From Salpingoeca rosetta (lineage: Eukaryota > Protista > Choanoflagellata), in assembly GCA_033442325.1 (NCBI GenBank), contig JAWQFM010000015.1, positions 34,561-98,560 on the forward strand: 64,000 nt of DNA. Direction: 5' to 3'. The notes beneath the pieces were generated by a model. The model saw nothing but the letters and a program-made list of their open reading frames with translations, was not told the origin of the DNA and did not search any database. The position numbers were made by a program, and so were the translations under genes. Positions 57,563 through 64,000 of this stretch are shown piece by piece. How positions within the stretch are numbered: the stretch's first letter is position 1; every line of letters begins with the position of its first letter.

Positions 57563-57966
57563 ATATGCGTGTGCTTGTGTGGTCTGTCTCTGTAGCATCT
57601 CCCTCTCCTTCACTCACCTTGGTCACACTAATTGTGCACCTACCACCACCCACAACCACCCACAACCACCACCACGCACCCCTGCTTCTCCCTGTTGCTT
57701 CCCCTCTTGCAGTCGGACAAGGCGAGCCCCTCGTCGGACAATGTAAGAAACCTTTGCATGCACGCGCGCATCTTCATGCACACACATGAGTGTGCACACA
57801 CACACACACACGAGCATGCACGGACGGAGGGACCCAAACCCGACACACCCCTTCCTCATGTCGCCTTGTGTCTCACACTTTCCCGCGTTGCTTGTGATGA
57901 GCAGTTAAGGAAAAGACGAAGAACATCGACATGGAGAAGGAGCTCAACACCGTGCAATACGTGTGA
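51352..57966 (+). CDS. KIF5: Kinesin-1 heavy chain (KIF5/KHC)
   Basis: [10 protein letters not shown]; FTFDRVF; [20 protein letters not shown] (P-loop ~52062-52085); [10 protein letters not shown]; [13 protein letters not shown]; [14 protein letters not shown]|[10 protein letters not shown]; [17 protein letters not shown]; neck AELKIWREG; long coiled coil; tail ends ...ELNTVQYV* at 57966. Probable 5' UTR intron at 50973-51347. Confidence 0.96.
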
Positions 57967-58269
57967 TGATGACACACGCACACGTACACGTACATGTACG
58001 CGCAGGCGTGTGTGTCTTGACTGCATCGATCACTCTGCATCCCCCACCGTGTCAGCAACAGCACCACCACCATCCATGTTTGTTCTTGATTCCTTCCACT
58101 TGTTGTTGTTGCTGTTGTTGTTGCTGTTGTTGTTGTTGTTCCCTGCCCCTTGCTCCTCGCACACAGAGAGTGCATGCACACAGATATCCACACGCGCACA
58201 CGCGCGCGTCTTCACGCTTCACACACAGACCCTGCTTTCCACCACCACCAACACCACCAACACCACCAC

Positions 58270-59847
58270 CAACACTGCTTGGCCTAAGTCCTTTGGTGTG
58301 CACAACACGTTCATGTTCGTTCGTTCGTTCTCTCCAACAACAACAAGCAAGCAACAAGCAAGCAAGACAATGTCAAGAGCGTTGGTGATGTTGAGTGCGG
58401 ACAACGATGCGAACGACAACCACAGTGGGACAACAACGACGATGACACGCGCAGAGGAGTTGCTGATGAGGCTGCAGTTGCAGCTGTGCACCCCGAGCTA
58501 TGACACGTTCCCCACAAGTGTCGCAGCGCCGGCAAAGCGGTGTGACACAGGTGGCAACAACAACTTCCTGAAGGGCTGCCAGTGGGCTCCGGACGGCCTG
58601 TGTATCTTGACGTGCAGCGATGACAACCGCCTTCGCCTGTTCAACCTCCCGGACGCGCTCCTTCAGGACAGCAGCAGCGGCATGGATACACAGAATGACG
58701 CCGCGCTTGCAGACCAAGAGGACCGAGCGAGTGACAGACCAACGGCAGCGCCACATGGACAACAGCTAACACCCACGGCATCGCACGTTCACAGCAATGA
58801 CGGCAGTGACGACATTGGTGCAGAGGACAGGGGTGTTGGTGGTGCTGCGTCAACTTGGCAGCCCGTGCTGACGGCGGCGGAAGGAGAGCTGGTGTATGAC
58901 TACTGCTGGCTGCCAGGCATGACCTCAGAGGACCCGTCGAGCTGCTTGTTTGTGACCTCGTGCCGAGACCACCCCGTGCATGCGTGGGACGCGTTCACGG
59001 GCACGTTGATCGGCTCGTATCGCAGCTACGACCAGTACGATGAAATTATGTGGTGCGACGCTCGGCGTGCAACACTGCTTGGCCTAAGTCCTTTGGTGTG
59101 CACAACACGTTCATGTTCGTTCGTTCGTTCTCTCCAACAACAACAAGCAAGCAACAAGCAAGCAAGACAATGTCAAGATCGCTGGTGATGTTGAGTGCGG
59201 ACAACGATGCGACCGACAACCACAGTGGGACAACATCGACGATGACACGCGCAGAGGAGTTGCTGATGAGGCTGCAGTTGCAGCTGTGCACCCCGAGCTA
59301 TGACACGTTCCCCACAAGTGTCGCAGCGCCGGCAAAGCGGTGTGACACAGGTGGCAACAACAACTTCCTGAAGGGCTGCCAGTGGGCTCCGGACGGCCTG
59401 TGTATCTTGACGTGCAGCGATGACAACCGCCTTCGCCTGTTCAACCTCCCGGACGCGCTCCTTCAGGACAGCAGCAGCGGCATGGATACACAGAATGACG
59501 CCGCGCTTGCAGACCAAGAGGACCGAGCGAGTGACAGACCAACGGCAGCGCCACATGGACAACAGCTAACACCCACGGCATCGCACGTTCACAGCAATGA
59601 CGGCAGTGACGACATTGGTGCAGAGGACAGGGGTGTTGGTGGTGCTGCGTCAACTTGGCAGCCCGTGCTGACGGCGGCGGAAGGAGAGCTGGTGTATGAC
59701 TACTGCTGGCTGCCAGGCATGACCTCAGAGGACCCGTCGAGCTGCTTGTTTGTGACCTCGTGCCGAGACCACCCCGTGCATGCGTGGGACGCGTTCACGG
59801 GCACGTTGATCGGCTCGTATCGCAGCTACGACCAGTACGATGAAATT
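58270..59847. repeat. ~778-bp direct duplication with 800-bp offset covering the 5' UTR and first half of WRAP53
   Basis: 58270-59047 vs 59070-59847, separated by 22 nt. About four substitutions, clustered just after the ATG. Confidence 0.97.
58370..59188 (+). pseudogene. Truncated upstream copy of WRAP53 (or assembly artefact)
   Basis: Same protein as the intact copy up to YDQYDEI, then a shift into unrelated sequence and a stop at 59188. Confidence 0.6.
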
Positions 59848-60660
59848 GCAGCGCCCAAGGCCCTCGCCTTCACCAACGACAGTTCGCAGCTGCTCTGCGG
59901 CCACCGCGGGCTGCTGCACATCTTCGACGTGGAGCGGCCTGGCCGCGATTACACCGCCTGGGACTTGACAAGACAACACATGAAGGGCGTGGTGTCAACG
60001 CTTGCGTTCAGCAACCACGACGACAGGCTGCTGGCGGCCGGGTGCTACGGTGGCGACGTCGCCCTCATGGACTGCTCATCCCGGACCATCGCCACGCACA
60101 TCCGCGTGTCATCCGGCGTCACGCACGTGCTCTTCAGCCCGCACGACCCGCACGTGTACGTGGGCACGCGCATGGACCCGCACATCTGGGGATACGACGT
60201 GCGCAACATGGCACGGCCGCTGCTGGGCCTGCAGCGCGGCGTCACCACCAACCAGCGCATGTACTTTGACATCGACCCGAGTGGGCAGTACCTCATCACG
60301 GGGCAACAGGACGGCAGCATTGTGTGCTACGATCTCTGGTCGTGCGTCTCTTCGGACGGACCAGACACCACCATTACAGACCCAGCGTACACGCTGCGCA
60401 GAACAGCGACCACAGCGCACATCCACACTGCCGCCACCAACGGTGTGTCCATACACCCGTATCTGCCGTTGCTCGCGACAGCGTCAGGGCAGCGCATGTT
60501 TGAACTCGTTGGTGATGACAGCGACAGCGACGATGAGGAGGACGCTGATGAGGAGGACGCTGAGGAGAGAGATGAGGAGGAGGAAGCAGAGGCGTGTTTG
60601 GTTCCCGACAACACGCTCAAGGTGTGGCGGCTCAAGTGGGATGTGTACGAGCAAGGCTGA
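59170..60660 (+). CDS. WRAP53: Telomerase Cajal body protein 1 (WD40), intronless
   Basis: NFLKGCQWAPDGLCILTCSDDNRLRLFNLP; EGELVYDYCW; HPVHAWDAFTG; YRSYDQYDEI; TNQRMYFDID; NGVSIHPYLPLLATASGQRMF. These are TCAB1 signature blocks. Confidence 0.96.
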   Translation: MSRSLVMLSADNDATDNHSGTTSTMTRAEELLMRLQLQLCTPSYDTFPTSVAAPAKRCDTGGNNNFLKGCQWAPDGLCILTCSDDNRLRLFNLPDALLQDSSSGMDTQNDAALADQEDRASDRPTAAPHGQQLTPTASHVHSNDGSDDIGAEDRGVGGAASTWQPVLTAAEGELVYDYCWLPGMTSEDPSSCLFVTSCRDHPVHAWDAFTGTLIGSYRSYDQYDEIAAPKALAFTNDSSQLLCGHRGLLHIFDVERPGRDYTAWDLTRQHMKGVVSTLAFSNHDDRLLAAGCYGGDVALMDCSSRTIATHIRVSSGVTHVLFSPHDPHVYVGTRMDPHIWGYDVRNMARPLLGLQRGVTTNQRMYFDIDPSGQYLITGQQDGSIVCYDLWSCVSSDGPDTTITDPAYTLRRTATTAHIHTAATNGVSIHPYLPLLATASGQRMFELVGDDSDSDDEEDADEEDAEERDEEEEAEACLVPDNTLKVWRLKWDVYEQG

Positions 60661-60717
60661 GTGGAATGGATGATTGGTGGCGCGTACATGCTGGCCATGC
60701 CGCTGTGTGTGTGTGTG

Positions 60718-60752
<35 letters not shown>

Positions 60753-61030
60753 GTGATGTGTGTGTGTCTGTGTCTGTGTGTGTGTGTGTGTGTCTGTGTG
60801 TGTCTGTCTAACTAGGAAGCCCCGCCTTTGTTGTGCATATGAGCTTGGTCGGCGCGTTTACGTGTGTCGTTCGTTCACTAATCAAGACTTTGATGATCGA
60901 CACAGCCACAGCAGACCGTGACATGGAAACAATTTGATGTGAAGGAAGAGAGACACGAAGCAACCTCACACACACACACACAACCACCACCACTACGCAC
61001 ACACCCTCCGCTCGCGCATCCACGCTGCCG

Positions 61031-61360
61031 CTATGATCTGATCTTGCGGGCCATTTCCTTGACGAGCTCGCGCGTGTGCTTTGCGCTGAGGCGCTCGCTG
61101 GCCCTGATGGCGTTGACCACCAGCATCGTCTCGCACGCGCGCGCCGCCTTGGCCCACACGCGCCCGTTGCGGCCAATGGTGATCTCAAACGGCAGCTCCG
61201 CCCCGAGCGCATGCAGCACCGCACACCCACGCGACAGCAGCCTGTGATGATGGCAGTTGGCAACGGGGGGCGTTGAGATGAATGTTGTGGGGGGGGGAGG
61301 GGTTGAGGTGAGAGGAAGGGTGCGAGGAAGGCAGGGTGAGCAACGCCTTGTGTCTACTGG

Positions 61361-61399
<39 letters not shown>

Positions 61400-61592
61400 T
61401 GTGTGTGTGTGTGTGTGTGTGCGTGTGTGTGCAGTGTACCCCCTGATTGTCATTCTCTGCAGCATAACAAGACCACTCACGTGCGGGAGAGACCGAGGGA
61501 GATCTCAAACAGAAACCCGCCTTCCAGCAGGCCCATCCCTTGCGCTTTGCCGCTGCCACGGAGTGAACGAGTGTGCGTGTGTGTGGTTGGGT

Positions 61593-61679
<87 letters not shown>

Positions 61680-63038
61680 TGGGTGTGGGTGTGGGTGTGG
61701 GTGTGGGTGCAGATGAGAGAGTTGCATACATACACAGTGTTTGCGTGTGGATCATGGCATCGAGGAACAGCAGCACGCAGGCAACAGCAACAAATTACGC
61801 TGTTGTACCTGGCGTGTACGCATGTGAGCTCTGGTTCCATGTACTTGTGCATGAGCTGTACCCTCGCATACACGAGATCGCCAACCTGTTTGCACACACA
61901 TGTGCGTGCGTGCGTGTGCGTGCGGGGAATGAGACGCATGGGCGGAGAAGAAGTGCACAGATTGGATGACAAAGGAAAAGGACACAACAACACCATACAT
62001 ACACACACATACACACACATACACGCATACACACAACGCACTCGTGCACACACACCCACAAACACACAACGCGCACCTTTAATCTGGGGCGGTTGCGTTT
62101 TGTTGCGCCTTCAAACGCCAGGTTGTGAAGGCTGCAAGGGTCCATCACACGTGCCAGGAGTGCACACACACAATGTTGATGAGCTCCAGCTGATGCAGGA
62201 CACTTGTACAGAAGCAGCAGCACACACCTTCTCACCCACACGCACATCCACACGCACACAAACGCACACGCACTCCCACAAAAGCACACGCACACCCACA
62301 CACCCATACACGCTCACTCACGTGGCATTGCAGGAGCCGCCAATATCCACGTTGTAGTTTTCGCCAGGCGTGCCCGTGATGATCCCAATCACATAATCGC
62401 CTTCAGCCGGCAGCGCCTACACGCAAGCACACCACAACATGAGATGATCACGACATGAAACAAGAGGAGAGTCAGAGTTGAAGTGAACCCTTGATGGAGC
62501 AATTGCAGCAGTGAATTTGTGCGTGCACGAGCGTGTACATACACATTCACATACATAAGCATTTGCACACATTGAAACACACACATACACACACACACAC
62601 CAACGTACACATGTGTACATATGCAAAATATGCAAAACAAACCCTCTTTACTCCCCTCTCCACCCTCTCCACTCTCCTCAGCCCACTCCATCCAAACACA
62701 CACACACAACACACAACACACAACACACACAGCAGCAACGATGACAATCGCACCCGCTTGTGGACGCCGTCGACCCAGACCATGTTGCCCTTCCTGCGCA
62801 AATCGCCGGGCACCACCACCTGCAACATCGCCGTGTTGCCGCTGCTGCTAGCGTCGCCGTCAAGGACGCCTGCGGCACGCAGCTGTGTCTCTGGGATCAC
62901 CGTCAGGCCCGGCCCTATCCTCAGCGCGGCGTCCTTCTCCCCCTTCACCTCCACGGGCGCCACCTCCACCGTATCGCCTGGTGCCACAAACACGCTGCAC
63001 GCATCGTCCCCCACCGCAGCCGCTTCAACGTGCACCAT
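61031..63038 (-). CDS. EXOSC3: Exosome complex component RRP40
   Basis: VAPGD..LRIGPGL; VWVDGVHKR; GDYVIGII; YNVDIG; LAFEGATKRNRPRLK|VGDLVYARV..MEPELTC; GMGLLEGG; LPFEITIGRNGRVW. Stop at 61031. Confidence 0.96.
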
Positions 63039-63131
63039 CGCTTCGCCTGTCGCCTGTCGCACAACCAAAGTTGGGAAAATTTGTTGGCAGCAACGCAAAT
63101 GCTCTGCAGAAGGTGAAGCCAAAAGAGGAAG
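63039..63131. promoter_or_regulatory. Probable bidirectional promoter, EXOSC3/NAGPA
   Basis: 93 bp between divergent ATGs at 63038 and 63132. Confidence 0.5.
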
Positions 63132-64000
63132 ATGATGAGGATGAGGACGTTGAGTGGTTGTGGTTGTGGTTGTGGTTGTGGTGGTGGTCGTGTTTTTGTT
63201 GTGTTGGTGGCCTTGGTGGCGGGTGTGTCGGTTGTTGGCGGGGTTGTTGCGAGTGAGGGGAACGCAGATGACAGAAAAGGTCCTTCCGGGCCAGCTCCAG
63301 CTCCACCAGCATGGATGGATGTGTTGGCACCGCCGTACCCGCGTGGTGAATTCGGGTGGAACATGACGCTTCAAACGTTTCGCGAACAATGGGTGCGGCG
63401 AACAGCAGCACTGCGTGAGCGGCGAAACGAAGGGGACGGTGGCACCGCTGGCGAACGCATGTATGAAGTGTTCCACCCCAGCACCACGCCACCATCTCGT
63501 GATGATGATGCGTTGCCGTGGGTGAGCGTGCGCCGACTGGCACGCGCAGGTGTTGGGGTGCAGGTGGCCGTGGCCACCGACCCACTCCGCACGCTGTCCA
63601 TCTATGAGCCGGGAGACCGGGGCACCTGCAACTCGCCCGCAGACAACAGGTTCGACAATAGCTCCTCCATGAGCCACACCTGTAACTTCTTCATGCCTAG
63701 CACCACGTTGCCTGCTGCGTTGATGAGCACGGGCATGTGCAAACGTATCCGAAACACCCACCGTGTGTTGTGTCCTTCATCAACCTGCTCGCCCCGATTT
63801 GCAGGACACTCGTGAGCGAGTCCGCTGCACGGTATGGGTGCACATACGCTGCGAACGCTGGCTTCTTCAACACGCATACAGGTACCACGTTGTGCATACG
63901 TGGGCATATGAGTATGCTGCTGTGAAGAGGAACGCGTGTTGTGTTAAGTGCAGCATATGGGAAAGGGGGTGAAAATGCGCAGTTGCAATGCCATGGATTG
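63132..64000 (+). CDS. NAGPA: N-acetylglucosamine-1-phosphodiester alpha-N-acetylglucosaminidase (uncovering enzyme), 5' part; continues beyond the window
   Basis: Signal peptide RVFVVLVALVAGVSVVGGVVA. DPLRTLSIYEPGDRGTC...|RTLVSESAARYGCTYAANAGFFNTHTG matches the remembered NAGPA segment PLRTFSVLEPGGPGGC...TVEETA..ADCRVAQNGGFF. Confidence 0.88.

Overview
Eukaryotic, intron-dense, gene-packed DNA. Nearly every intron carries (CA)n/(GT)n or related microsatellites, so most ORF-track 'proteins' (HTHTHT/VCVCVC) are noise. The style resembles a choanoflagellate such as Salpingoeca rosetta (inference, not verified). Manual GT-AG splicing gives 14 genes: an uncharacterised coiled-coil protein (+), an arylsulfatase (-), NUP43 (+), NOP53 (-), a ~3,100-aa protein with ~21 PDZ domains (+), a CCDC33-like protein (-), a disordered protein with a C-terminal Dpy-30/RIIa-like D/D domain (+), EXOC5/Sec10 (-), eIF2-alpha (+), a GT-A/fucosyltransferase fusion (-), kinesin-1 heavy chain (+), WRAP53/TCAB1 (+), EXOSC3/RRP40 (-) and the 5' part of NAGPA (+). 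Twelve of the 14 sit in head-to-head pairs, three with <100 bp between ATGs. The most notable items are the giant multi-PDZ scaffold (recent internal duplications, DLG-PDZ3-like extension helices), the two-domain glycosyltransferase, the kinesin-1 with a divergent IAK motif and a putative PDZ-ligand tail, and two near-perfect duplications with offsets of exactly 600 and 800 bp that may be assembly artefacts. I found no rRNA, tRNA, CRISPR array or transposon. Homology calls rest on remembered family motifs; no database search was run.
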